A program made the translations under genes and the position numbers. A stretch of 64,000 nucleotides of DNA from Eledone cirrhosa (taxonomy: Eukaryota), in contig OZ024740.1 in the NCBI GenBank assembly GCA_964016885.1, positions 151,714,001 to 151,778,000 on the forward strand, read 5' to 3'. The stretch's first letter is position 1, and the number at the start of each line of letters is the position of its first letter. Shown piece by piece: positions 28,061 through 41,975 of this stretch. Below the pieces are notes generated by a model. The model ran no database searches. It worked only from the letters and a program-made list of their open reading frames with translations, and was not told the origin of the DNA.

Positions 28061-28385
28061 TTCGTTTCTGAATTTGTTTAGCAAGATTCTTTATCTGAAA
28101 TCGTGTGTTGAAACCGATATTGTTATACTTTGGGAGGGTCATGTTGCCAATAAGAAACACACGCACCAGTTGCTTTCACTTCAATTTATTATATATTTAT
28201 AGATTTATAAATTTATAAATTTATAAATTTCTGGTTGGTTGGTTGGTTCCACAACCAGATAGTTGTTTATATATAGTCATAGTTCTTTCGCCACACACTC
28301 TATAAATATATAATAAATTGAAGTGAAAGTAACTGGTGCGTGTGTTTCTTATTGGAAACATGACCCTCCCAAAGTATAACAATAT
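28061..28385 (+). mobile_element. Fold-back derivative of the neighbouring Neptune-type PLE terminus
   Basis: 28117-28300 is the reverse complement of ~29255-29445; 28301-28385 repeats the terminus. Confidence 0.85.
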
Positions 28386-28393
28386 AAATATAT

Positions 28394-28506
<113 letters not shown>

Positions 28507-28510
28507 AATA

Positions 28511-29445
28511 CAACCCCTAGAGGCGAACTAGCCTACAAATTTAGAAGGGCCCTAAATAAACATAAACTCAATATTAAGATAGTAGAAAGACCAGGTACCT
28601 CCGTAAAAACACTTATTAGCAAGACATACCCGTTCCAAAGACCCTCATGTATAGATAAGAAATGTATAACCTGTAAAATAAGCCCCCATATTAACTGTAA
28701 AACTAGAAATGTAGTGTATAGCATATGATGTACTGAAGGACAATGTAGAAACAAAAATATAGTGTACATAAGTGAGACAGCTCGTAGTATAGGGGAACGA
28801 ATAAATGAACACTGGCGAGACCTTCAAGATAATAAAGAATCATCTGTACTCTACCAACATGCTAAGATAGAACACAAGGGTAAATTAGAGAACATAGAAA
28901 TAAAAATAGAATCCACACACAGAAAAGATGCAATGTTTAGGCAAATTACAGAGGCAGTAAGCATAAAAGAATTACAACCAAAATTAAATAGAAAATATGA
29001 GTGGAACAGCAACATTACAACTTACAATTAAGGACAAAATGAAAACACACACACACATAGAACAAACAACCAACCAACAACATGTAAATAAATAAACAAA
29101 TAGATAAATGAACACAAACACACACAGACACCCGGATGTGGCGCATGCGCAAACTGAGCACACAACACACACACAGAAACAAAATGGCGTAGGACAGAAG
29201 AAAGGAAAGGCACAGAAACAAAGAAAGGAATCCCCAGTCACTGAAGAGGTCACAGAGTGTGTGACGAAAGGACTATGACTATATATAAACAACTATCTGG
29301 TTGTGGAACCAACCAACCAACCAGAAATTTATAAGTTTGTAGATTTGTAAATTTATAAATTTATAAATATATAATAAATTGAAGTGAAACAACTGGTGCG
29401 TGTGTTTCTTATTGGCAACATGACCCTCCCAAAGTATAACAATAT
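28511..29445 (+). mobile_element. 5'-truncated Neptune-type PLE (Cys-rich linker + GIY-YIG, 3' UTR) in (TA)n
   Basis: TPRGEL..IKIVERPG..CIDKKCITC..CKTRNVVYSI*C..YISETARSIGERINEH..RQITEAVSI..LN. Confidence 0.85.
29236..29280 (+). ncRNA. Minimal type I hammerhead ribozyme
   Basis: agtca-CTGAAGA-g-gtcaca-gagtg-tgtgac-GAAAG-ga-CTA-tgact; perfect stems I and II. Confidence 0.8.
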
Positions 29446-29453
29446 AAATATAT

Positions 29454-29573
<120 letters not shown>

Positions 29574-29654
29574 GTGTGTTTAATGGTAGCTATGATGCTT
29601 CCATAGGCGGTATGCCAGTTGACCACTCAATGTTCTTACAGAGCAGAGTGTGAA

Positions 29655-29944
29655 TAATATAAAAAAACGAAAAATCAGTGATGCATCTGGACTCAGTTTA
29701 TTGTGTTACAATTGTTTCGCTGGCAGATAGCTCGAGACATGATCATTGTATGGATCTGTCTGATTCTAGATCTGCAGGTTCTTTGGACACAGGCAATACT
29801 TTCGGAACAAATTTTCTCACTGGGGTGTTAGCTTCAAAAAACACCTTCAAAAAAACATCTTCCACTCTTGTCTTGCCATTGGCTATGGTTTTTCTACGTC
29901 ATCATAAATTCTGTTCACTATTTGCTGCCACACTGGTCATCAGC

Positions 29945-29945
<1 letters not shown>
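29655..29945 (-). mobile_element. Repeat family D copy
   Basis: Reverse complement of ~8860-9108. Confidence 0.8.
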
Positions 29946-30012
<67 letters not shown>

Positions 30013-30159
30013 ACTCTGTATACCGTTTATCTTTCACCGAAAGTGGATTTTCATTACATCTCTTCTTTCCATGATATCCGGAATACATTGAGTTCTTCAT
30101 ACGGATTGGACACTACCGTAAACTCTTGGTAGATTTATCTACATATATATATATATATA

Positions 30160-30387
30160 TATTTATTAAAATAACAGATTAAAGTTTAAGCAAAGAATCG
30201 CTGCTTTCACCCTTAACGGAATCTTCTGAAGTTTCAGAAGATCCCGTTAAGGGTGAAAGCAGCGATTCTTTGCTTAAACTTTAATCTGTTATTTTAATAA
30301 ATATTTGTGCTACGGTTCTTATATATTTGATATATATTTATCCTTATCGAGCCCTCTTTGGATTTTAGTCCTCAAATTTATTATTAT

Positions 30388-30391
<4 letters not shown>
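30160..30391 (-). mobile_element. Fold-back element (~145 bp near-perfect palindrome) in (TA)n
   Basis: Arms ~30160-30230 / ~30233-30304; ~85 bp extension on the right. Confidence 0.85.
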
Positions 30392-30422
<31 letters not shown>

Positions 30423-30439
30423 CGTCTAAAGTATGATGT

Positions 30440-30572
30440 AACAAATTCCACTTGTGAAGTATTTGTCAACTCGAGCCTATAGTAGGCACTTACCTAAGAT
30501 GGGCTACAGCGGGACTGTAACATGAAACAAATGGTCGTGAAGTAAACTTCTTTACCAACTACGCATGTCCAC
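30440..30572 (-). mobile_element. Second Octopus-type tRNA SINE, degenerate
   Basis: Minus strand tggtaaagaagtttacttc..cagtcccgctg..cttaggtaagtgcctactatagg..gtggaatttg. Confidence 0.65.
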
Positions 30573-31753
30573 AACTGAAATATATTTATTTAACCAACGT
30601 GCCTGTCCACCCATCACCTCACAGTCTTCGGCCACGTTGCTTGCCGAAGACACCCGGACTCACGCCTGAAAATAGAACAGCACCTTATTTTTCATCTCCA
30701 AATTTTTAATGGACATGGCTTAAATGCCCGGACCCTCTTCCCTTAACCGACTCTTTCCCGGCACCCACGTCATATCCACTCCCACACAATACACGCACAC
30801 TAACACTTCACAAACGCACCCACTCACAGTGTACATAGACACAGTAACTCACATCGATACAAACATCACACGCACACCAACACAACTAATTGATTAGTTA
30901 CACTAACGCGACCATAGATACATATTTAATTTTTCTAATGCTACTAATTAACTAATCAATTACACTAACAGACTACTCACCACCAACGCACGTGCAGTAC
31001 CCACAGCACCTACTGACACAGCCACCCTAAGGAGTACATGAGCACACCATCACAACCATATACAAATATTTACATTTTCATTTTCCTAATGCTACTAATC
31101 ACATAACTAATTATACTAACACGGCCAACTTAAACATTAACACTACACTCCTTTAGTATCAGTACCCCCCCCCCCCCCCTACGCACACAGACACTACCAC
31201 CAACATCACTACAAATAGGCACTAGAGCTTACCCTCACAATTACCCTTATAAAAACTTCCCTATCATTTCCTTTTGCATCACCACACCTTCAGCCCATAC
31301 CACTTCCGTTCTTAGTGCACTACATACAGTCATCCCACGCACACCTCCTCTAGCCACTCCTTGAAATATCCCAGCTTTGGGCGCAATACACCATTCCTTC
31401 GTATACTTCGATTTTAATCTTGGATTCTAGCACACACATATAGACAATTATACAAGCTTATGCACACACACACACACACACACACACATAAACAAATACT
31501 CGCATAACGTTATCAAAACACACAAACGTGATATTATAAATCACACACACAGAAGAAATAATGCGCACCCACAAAATGCACTCCATCTGCACACACGTCG
31601 CAACACCCACGACACACCTGAACTCTCCACATCGACTCCCTATCCCCGCACGCTGGACAACTCGCCAACCCTCTTCAGGCATCTTAATTCTTTTTCCAGC
31701 CTTCTAGCCTCCGTTGTTCCACCTTTCTCCCTCTCTCCAAACTTTGCTAATTC

Positions 31754-31790
31754 CTGAAGAAGAAATTATGTCCAATGCTTTGAAACATTT
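31754..31790 (+). ncRNA. Degenerate hammerhead-like core near a (TA)-ending 3' UTR-like element
   Basis: CTGAAGA-agaaattatgtccaatgcttt-GAAAC; stems poor. Confidence 0.3.
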
Positions 31791-34700
31791 ATTTACTTCT
31801 TGCCAAGCGTGAACTTTATAAGACTTTATGTTTTTGCATCTGTGTTTGTCTTATTTACTTTTGAACTATATATAAATGTGTGTGTGTGTGTGTGAGTGTG
31901 TGAGTGGGGGGGGGCGTGTGTGTGTGTGTGTGTTCTGTCTATGTGTGTATATGTGTATATATATATGCGTATCCGTTACAATCCGATCGTGTAGCTGTTC
32001 TTTTGTTAAATATCACACAAACAGCAAAGGAGAAATTATGTGGCTTAGTAACTACGAAAAACCTGAATCAGCGCAACAAACCTGTCTACTCTTGTGCTAT
32101 GAAGAAGGCAAATACCTTTGTCTAGATAGAAACCAACTAACAATAGTTAAACATTCCGGGTGGCTTACCACATGCCGGATTATTGATGGTTATATTTCTA
32201 CCCTCCACAGTGTGATAGGCTTGACTACTTACTCCTTTGAACCATAACACCACACAACACCTGCAGAGACAACGGGGGAACCTTTATGTCGACACTCAAC
32301 CTGTTAGAAACAGCAGCTAAATCTCACTCAAAAACGGAAAAAATACGTATGGTAACGTAGTTGTTATATTCACTCTGCGGATGGATTAAATGCGTGTTTG
32401 AAATTATATACGATGTATTTATGTAAGATACATACATAAGCTTTGTTGTAGGTATGTTAAACTGTGATTGTTATAGTTACCTCGACAATCGCGTGTGAAT
32501 GCCCGGACATGTGTATTTCATGATTTTTATTTATCTTCGGTAAAGTTTAATTGCTCAATATAGAAACAGCATAATCTAATAGTTTATAAAGTTGCTCATT
32601 TGGATATAGTGTAGGCTTCACTGACTGATATTAACGCTGTAGCCCTGAAACAGCTTCATTCAGAATAAAGGTGTGAAGATGATCATATGACTGTTCCACC
32701 AGAGCAGACATGTGGTTCAACAACAGCAGCATACATTACGTGTCCGAGCTAAAGAGCTAACCTTTAGGACATTGGTTCAAAAACTAGTTATCACTTACGG
32801 CATAGTAGAAAATGGAAATATAAATAACTAAAATACGGAAAATATATTTGTACTTCTTTCTTTAGTCTCTAAAAGAATCAAACTTATTAAGGAAAAACAT
32901 GCATTTGGGGGTTCTTTTTTCACCTACTATTTTCATTCTTCGTTTGACAGTTATAGAACATATGAAAATCATAAAGAATTTCAATTTATATTTTTTACAT
33001 TTTGAAACGGTCCAGTTCATTTCTCGGCGGTCCAGTACACCGAAACGCGTGGCTTGGGAACCACCTCTCTATGTGATTACTCGACTTGCAAAAATTAGAC
33101 TTATATCTCCCCGTTATCTTGAAAAGGATGTATGATATTTTGAATAATTTCATTCTAGATACTCTGTGATTACACAATACTTTTGATCACAGGTCATTTG
33201 ATCAGGATTGAGTTGAAGCTAAACAACCACCCACTTTGAGTGTCTTCACTTCATTTCGTTGTAAGCATCCGTATCTGATCTGCTAAAAACAGCAACCATA
33301 TCTCCATCAAATCACATTCTACAGCATGAAAAATTGTAGGACGCTTTGAATAAAATGGTTTTAGATACATTATTTGAATAAAGTACGGGGTGGTCGAAGT
33401 TGAAAAGCTTTCGACAATTAATGTGTTGTAACACCCATGTCAGTTCAATTTGTATACGAGCTACTTGTAATTTCAACAACTAATATGTATTGTGTGGCGA
33501 AGAAAGTAACTGTCTATTCATGAGAAGTGTCTTTTGAGGTAAATAGTCCCTGAATCATGTGGACCTTTTGTGTGGTAATGTCTCTAATTCAAATAAGCAT
33601 AAAACCATAGCACTGAGTATATGTTGATTTGTTGTGCACTCTCTGTAATTAGATATTTCACTTAGAAAAACTAAAATTACTTGGCATAGTTGTATATGCG
33701 TCTATATAAACCTTAAAGTGCAAAGTTTTTAGATAAATATAAACACTTTTATATAAACAAATTAGCGCCGTAGAGCTATGGGCGGTTTTATGTGCATTGG
33801 AATGAAAAGGATAGCTAACATAAGTAAATGGGTAAAAGATAAATTCGTAATTTGACCTCATCCGCATTGCACGATTCCTTTCGCTTCCGATCAAAGTAAA
33901 ACTATCTAACACGTACATAAAGAGTTGAATTGAGTCTTGGCCTAATTTAAATAATTATAATTAAAGGAATCAAGAAAAGATAACAAAAAAACGCCAGTAG
34001 TATAAATTTAGTTAATCAAATTAAAGAAGTGGTACAGGATAAATTCTTAATTTATTAAAAGTACGCCCTTAAAAGGAGAAGGAAAACAAAAAATTAGCAG
34101 TTAGTGTTAGCAAGTCTGAAAAGGAATGGGTGATAGTTTCATGGTTGAATTGACATGATTAATGAAGGAAAATTGCAGACCAACATGAGCTAATGAAAGA
34201 GCCAGTACGGAAATCGCTGGGCATGCTAGAAATTCCCTCAAATTACACCCTTGTGTCTTAAAAAATGGAAGGACACAGTGGATAACTTAAACATGGTTAT
34301 ACTATCTGTAAAAATAAACAGACGTGTGGTCATAATTGGAGTATACTTTGCCTCAGGTCTACTTGTTAAGAGTTGATTTGGATCTAAAGAACGATACTCC
34401 AGGCCAAGTCAATTTCACCAACGCCATCAGCAACCGTTGGCACCATCCGAATTTACAAGCGTATCAATTATATTTTTTAAAAAAAAACGCCTTCAATGGG
34501 TAAAACGGCACATTCGCTGCACTGCATGCATTAAAATATTGCTTAACAAGCAGGCAAAGGAGCCTGTATATAGTCCCTGGACATGCTAGAAAAAGAAACT
34601 AAATATCTCTTACATTGCATAAAGGTGAAAGGACACATTATTTAATGTGATTTTAGATACATAGTGCCTGATTTTTAAAAAAATGCATAGACACAGCTAG

Positions 34701-35933
34701 AATGTGTTTATTATAGATATGATCTATCAGGCTGAGCAGCAGTTAAACAACAACAATAACAGCAACAGCTGCAACAACAACAACAATATCAACAACAGCA
34801 TCAACAGCAACAGTAACAACAATAGACAACAATAGACAACAATAATAACAGCAGCAACAACAGCAGCAACAACAGCAGCAATAACAACAATAACAGCAAA
34901 AGCAAAACCAACCATAGCATAATGGAATATGGATTGTTGTTTTCAAACAGCTGGTGATACAGATTGTCATACAACAGATGGAACATGGCCACACCTATCT
35001 CTGTCTAGTCCATGTCATATATTGTCTTTATTCTTAATGTCATGTAATGGTTTAGCAGAAATTATTTAAAACAGGTTTGTTTATTCAAATATTTATAGTA
35101 TCATTATTACTGAATAAATCATTGGGAAAAATTGAATCACTAGAGTAAAGACATTAGCTTTGAATGCGCTCGTACCATAGTACTGTTGTGGTTATCGCAG
35201 TTTTATGTGGTACAGGATATTAACTCTTAATATCCTGTACCACATGAAGCTGCGGGGTTAAGGGACAAAAATGTTTGAAACAATGCCATCAACAGCACAT
35301 CACCATCACACCGTATACCCCCCCCCCTAAACACTACCATCACCACCACCATCACTGCCGCCGCCGTGCCACCGCCGCCACTATCACGACCACCAGCACC
35401 ACCACCACTACACGCAGCCCCACTAATACTAACACGGCCCCCAAGCACCACATGACCAACGATATTGATACCACTGATATCCACCCACCCACACACAAAA
35501 CCATAGACTAGCTTCTAATCTAAGGGAACTGGTGACGACCATGTCAAATTTAAAACATCAAAACCAATAATTATTTCGACTTTCAATCCTCAATCCCTTA
35601 CCTTCCTAGCCACCCTCTGTGTCACCCTTCTTATACTTACCTATATGCTACCCACAGCCCACTACACATATATCCCCCAGCTTATTATTGATCACAAGGG
35701 TAAACTACCAAATTTCAAAATAATCTCTCGTCCCAAGCCCTGTCAACTTTAACAATGCCCGACTTTTCTCTCACGCAAATCACATGACAATGGTGGAAGA
35801 GGGAAAGAATGTTAACTTTTCACCACCATCAGCTGTTTGGTCTGTCTGTATATCCGTCTGCCTGTCTGTCTGCATGACTACTTTTCTCCCCCCCCCCCCA
35901 TTTCCCTATATTTATATATATATATATATATGC

Positions 35934-35975
<42 letters not shown>

Positions 35976-35978
<3 letters not shown>

Positions 35979-36166
35979 AACGAGTAGGACCCCGACGGCT
36001 GAGCTCAAGCCGTTTCGACGGCTAATTCGAGTCCAGAATTAGCCGTCGAAACGGCTTGAGCTCAGCCGTCGGGGCCTTACTCGTTCCTATTACCCACTCT
36101 ACTACCCTAAGTATTGAGTACTTTGGTACGTTATGGTCCACCTGGTTCCTTACCACATTTCCTTCG

Positions 36167-36168
<2 letters not shown>
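35976..36168 (-). mobile_element. Fold-back element family G in (TA)n
   Basis: Arms 35976-36028 / 36036-36088; GAAAC-GGCT-tgagctc-AGCC-GTC; ~80 bp extension. Confidence 0.85.
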
Positions 36169-36215
<47 letters not shown>

Positions 36216-36506
36216 ATATGCTTATATATTTATGCATATATATATATATATATATATAATATAAGATCAAAAGATGGTTAAAGGAGTTCAATGTATTTTA
36301 TTATGCGCATTTCAAAAACAAACATCATCATGCAATAATATTTGTGTTTTCATCAGATAAAACAGGAGAACATGATATGAAGGCGAAAAAACACTTGTGG
36401 ATAGTGCAGTTTCATATTATGTATACTCCAGTCCTACAAACTGTAGAGTGCTTCTTATCTGATATCTGCATTGCTTTATTGTACTACAATAAAACTCACC
36501 TCCTAC

Positions 36507-36549
<43 letters not shown>

Positions 36550-36648
36550 TATGCTTATATATTAATGCATATATATATATATAGTATATGCTTATATATT
36601 TATGCATATATATATATTTATGCATATATATATATATATATATATTTA

Positions 36649-36717
<69 letters not shown>

Positions 36718-36945
36718 ATGTATGTATGCATATATATATATATATGGGGCTATGTATGTATGTATACACACACACATATATATATAATTCAAATTTGTGC
36801 ACACGTGACATGGACAGAGAGTGGGAAAACACGGACACATCCCCTTATCCTCAACAGTTTCTGGGGATCACAACCATTTCGGTGCATTAAAAACATAATG
36901 GGGAGCAAGGGAGGGAGAGGGAATGCGGGGGAGAAAGAAAAAAAC

Positions 36946-39900
36946 CTACAGGCTGATAAAGAGAGAAGGCCCATTCACACGGGCCATTCTCGCTACTTTC
37001 ACCCACCTTTCATAAAACTTGCTGGGGTAGAGCACCTGTCTCTCCATTCTGATCCTTCTCTTAAAATGGTATTTAAAGAAAAGGGCCAGTTGTTGGCCGG
37101 AGAGAAAGGTGTCCGACCTCAGCCCTTTCAAACGTGTCCACCATATCACCTCTTTTACCATGGCTATTACACAGAGGAAGACCGCCTCTCCTTCGTTTTT
37201 GAAGTGGGGATGCGGCTTGATCGTTACAATGGACTCAGTGGTCAACCGGATTGGTCCCACCCGTGACAGTAGTCGTTCGACATAGCCCCACAGATCGGAA
37301 ACGCCCGAGCAGTGAACCAATGCGTGCGCAACGGTTTCCTCGTCGCACACGCATCTGGGACAGATTTTTTTCGAGGGGTCCCTACCTGGGCGCTCGTGTC
37401 TGTAAAGCTTTTCTCGAATGGGCGGCGCCCCTCGGTAGCACTGCCAGGCCAGGGACTTCTGGAAGTTGTCCATAGGTCCCGAGCCAAATGTCCTCCCGAA
37501 TAGGCTGGCCAGTTCGTTTTCCTCCATGCCTAGGGCTTGTCCGAGAGCGTCGTCGCACCTACTAACCACCAGAACTCTATAGAATGACGAGGTGGAGTCT
37601 CCACCGATAGCCGGGTCCGCCTGCCAGAGAGCCGTGAGCCTGGGCACACTCGGTGTGCCAGGCTCCCAGATTTCTCGGTCATTGCTTGACCCAGGACTGC
37701 AGCACGGTGAGCGAGACGAGTCTCGGAAAGGCTCGCCTCACAAACGGGGCCCACACCGGTTGACCGGTGAGGAATACCTGGAGGTGCCGTAGCCTTAATG
37801 CGTGTTTACGCATCAGCATCCACGTCATCCCCAGCCCTCCTTTCGAAGGGTGTTGACAGCAGATGGATCTCCTCACCAAAGGAGTCCGCTTCTTCCAAAG
37901 GAATTGGAAGAGTGCGCGCTCCATTTTGGTGAGCGTTTCCCTTGGGCAAGGCACGACGATCAGGCGGTAATAGATGACGGACGCTATATAAACGTTCGCC
38001 ACCTCCGCCCGACCTTTCAGGGATAGGTTGCACTCCGCCCACTTCTGCGTCAGCGCAAACAACCTGCTCGATACCTCATCCCAGTTCATCTCCACCTGGA
38101 AGTCTGGCCCGGACCAGACCCCAAGCAACTTCACCGGGCAACGTCCAACGTCCGACGCCGCCGTGAGGCCATCGGTTTGCCCCTCCACTCGCCGAGTTGG
38201 AAACCGACTGACTTGTCCCGGTTCAGCTTAGCCCCTGTAAATGTTTCGTATTCCTCCAGTAAGGTGCCGATCACTCCCATTTCCGAGGCGGTTGACACCA
38301 TTACTGTCACGTCATCGGCGTAGGCCGACACCGCTTTCCGCAATCCCGCTTCCAAAGGGATGTCCTGTAACAACTCCAACTTCAGCAGTACTGGCTCTAG
38401 GGCCAATACATACAGAAGGGAGGAGAGAGGGCATCCTTGTCGTGATTTCGTACGGCTCCGAGAGGTAGCTGTTCACCTTGACCCTAGAGCAGATGCGGCT
38501 GCTGTCCATGGCAGTGATCCAGCCCCTGAAAACGGGTCCGAAACCTGCCGCCAATAGCATCGCATCCATGTAACGATGGTCGACACTATCGAACGCCTTA
38601 GATTCATTCAAGTTGATCAGGGCCCCACCAAAGCCGGGTTCGTTCCCAACCCTCTCTATGATGTATCGCATGAGATGGAGATTGTCGTGAATGAATCTGG
38701 AGGGGATGGCGCATGTCTGCGCATCTCCCACCCGAGCCCACGACAAGTGCCAACCTCTTTGCTAACACCTTGGCCAAAATCTTTACCTCTGCATTTAGCA
38801 ATGTTATGGGCCTAAAATTACTTATTTCATCCCCCTTGTTCTCGTCCTTCCTCACTAGCGAGACTACGGCCTTGGTCACAGAACAGGGAATTCTCCCGTT
38901 CTGTTGCCAGTTGCAGTAGATGCTTCGAGGAGATCGAAGAACAAGTCCGGCATACTTAAATACAGTTCGTATGGAAGACCATCGAGGCCCGGAGATTTGC
39001 ATCTGCCACATTGGCTCAGCACGTTCCCTATTTCAGCAGCTGAGATCGTCCGAAAGACGCGGCAAGCCGTCGAGGTATGGACCGAGGTCCACATCTCCAT
39101 CCGGCCCTTCATCCCTCCGAATAATCGGGCAAAGTGCCTTTGAAAGGTCTCGCACATCTGCTTTGGCTCAAGGATCACCCGTCCATCCTGGTCTCGCAAA
39201 GACCGGATAGTGGATCTCGTCCCACTTTTGGCTTCTGTCACGCGAGCCCAGCTAACAGCTTTGGTCCCTTCGTTTCCCAGAGCACGTGTTTTGCTTCGGA
39301 CATGCAGCCTTCGTGTTTCGCGTCGAAGACCTGGCCCAAGGCCGTTCTCGACGCTAGCACTCTGACTACGTCACCGCTTCTAATTGCCTCTTCTACACTA
39401 TCTACCAACTCCCTTTCCTTCCTATTTCTATCTGAAGCTAACTCCTTACTAACTCCTATTGAAGCTACTCTAATCTCTCTTTTGAGAGAGCCCCCCCCCC
39501 CCTGCTGTTGACGATGGCGCCCGTCTACCGCCCCTTAACTAATGTACTAATCCGGTTCCTGTAAGCTTTACTTGCCAGTAAGGACAAATTGAGCTTCCAG
39601 TAACCGGGTCCCTGTCTATGCGTTCTATCAAGGTTGACCATGGAGGTCACTAACTTGTGGTCTGAATAGCCAACCATGAGCATTTTTGGACAACTTAAAA
39701 AGTCCCTATCCTTAATTCTAACTAAGAACCTATCTAGGTACGATCTAGATTGACCGCTGTGGTTTCTCCAAGTCTAGGTTAGCACAGTCGGAAAATCTAG
39801 TCGATATCTATCGGCCAGGTCGAATCGGCCTATTAACCCCTTGAGGCTGTTACAACCTCCTCTATTAGTACATGCCCCTACATAGTCCCAACGTGCATCT

Positions 39901-40338
39901 AGGATACCATTCCAGTCCCCCACTAAAAGCAAGGAGCGGGATGTCCCTAGAAAAGTCTCCAGACGATGGTAGAAGTCCGGCCGCGTTGACCCAAAAGGGC
40001 CGTAGACGGCGACCAGCCTAAAAGCTCCGCCTTCACCACTGCCAAGATCCAGAACCACTAGTCGACCCTCCGGGTCCAAGTGTACCGTCTGTCTAGCGAT
40101 ACCCAGATGTTTTTGCAGCAGAACGACAACCCCACCCCCACCTCCGGGCTGACAGGGAGATGCGTGCATCTCAAAGTCATCTAAGGTGGGCTGCCAGCTG
40201 TCGCACGCTGCTGATCCGGGCCTCGCAAATAACCATCACATTTATACATCGTGACCTGAGGTCATTTAGAAGCATTGCTTGCTTCCAAGGTGAGCCCAGG
40301 CCACGCGCATTTAGACAACCTATTCTCAACACAGCCAT
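36946..40338 (-). pseudogene. LINE ORF2 (APE-RT-zinc finger), disrupted
   Basis: ORF pieces from 40177-40362 through 36946-37647. Confidence 0.9.
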
Positions 40339-40569
40339 GTTGGTGATAAAGAGAAAAGGCACTTACCTCCGCACAATTTCCATGGGGTTGAGGGATGGGT
40401 TGTTGGGCGGGGTGGTGGTATGTGGAAGTGTAGGGGCATCAGTGTGTGTTGGGGTTGGGGTGTTTGGAGTTGTGTGGGTGTATTGGGGGGGGGGGGGGGG
40501 GGGGGGTAGGAGGACACGGTTAATGGGTCTGACGCAGAGGGGCCCCACGTCCTCTTTAAAAGTGTCTTT

Positions 40570-41975
40570 TAACGTTTTGTAAATGTCCATTGGGGCTTTT
40601 ATCATTTTTAGATGGGGAAGCGCCGTTGCTTGTGCGAAATTCGAACCTTCGATTTTTATTAAATTATTATAAATAACGTTTAACAGTTTTTTATTTATTG
40701 TACTTATGTAAGTATATGCATATTTTTCTTTTTGAGTGATGTTTTTTTGTTTGCTGTTGTTGTGTGTTTTTGTGTTGATGTCTGTGTTATGTCTTGGGGA
40801 GGGTTTGTTTGTATTTGTGTTCCTGTGGTGTGTTTTCTTTTTTTTTCCTTTAACTTTATGAAAGTGTCCCCCCCCCCCCCACCCTCGTCTGACAACGAAA
40901 TGGGGTCGTCTTCCGTATTCGAGGGGAGGGGTTCATTTTCGGCTCGTGTTTGTGGGGTGGGTGTTATTGTATTTGTTTTCTGTGGTGGGGGGGAGGGGGG
41001 TTTCTGTGGGGGGATGGTGGGATTGTTTTCAGTTGCATTTTAACTTGTGGTGTTAGTTGTTTTTGTGGTGGTAGTGGAGGTTGTGTTGGTAGTGTTGTAG
41101 TTGTTGTTGTAGTTGTTGTAGTTGTTGGTGTGAGCAAAACCGGTGTTTTTTTGTTTGCTTGGGAACAGGCAGCCCTCAGGTGACCTCTGCCACCACAGAG
41201 GTAACAAGTGGGTCGTCTACCCTCAACTGTGATGTGTAAGTAGGCAAGCCCATCCAGCAATATGCGGTCGGGGATCCTAGCAATTCGTTCCGGCTGCATT
41301 TGCACCAGAACTTGCAGGCTAGTCCCACCGAATACGTTGCTGGAAGACTTACCTACCGAAATTACTGCATCCTTTCAAGTCGAGGAGGCCACACAGTACC
41401 GCCCAGAAATCAATATCTGGATCGATACTGTGTATGGTCAATCTTTGTGTTTTTCTTCCCAAATAAGTGGGGAAGAAGGTAAATAAGAGGGACACAATTG
41501 GGACCAGGGAATGTTTTTCGGCCGTCAATTTATCTTTCATTTGGATGGATAGACTACCGTAGAGTCTATCCTTCCGAATGAATACAATGTTTTTCAGATG
41601 ATCTTTTAAAGCCAGTTCAATCTCTGTGTGTGAGTTGTACTGGCTTGCGGGTTTTGTTTGATATTGTCCTATAAATAATAGTTTTTAAGCCATTTTCCTT
41701 TTTTTAGCTCTGGGGGAGAATTTAAAGAAAATAGACCATTCTGCTCCAAAGTTATATACTTCCCTTGCATTTTCCATTTGCTGGGCCATGTTCGAAATGT
41801 CAATAGGTTCATACACAATGGTTTTTTTTGTGGTTTGAGCGAACGTCATTTTGTTTACATTTGTCGAAATGTGGTTGTTTTCTTGTTTTTTGTTGTTACA
41901 ATTTTCATTTTTTGTTGTGTTTGTTGTGTATGCGTTCACATTTTTTTTAATTAGGGTTAGGCTCCATTTTTTCAA
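40570..41975 (-). pseudogene. LINE ORF1 (gag-like CCHC), disrupted
   Basis: ORF pieces 41685-41975, 41349-41540, 40964-41305. Confidence 0.75.

Noticed and set aside
28726-28728. TGA in the Neptune-type GIY-YIG as selenocysteine
   Set aside because: It lies before, not at, the conserved Cys; most likely decay
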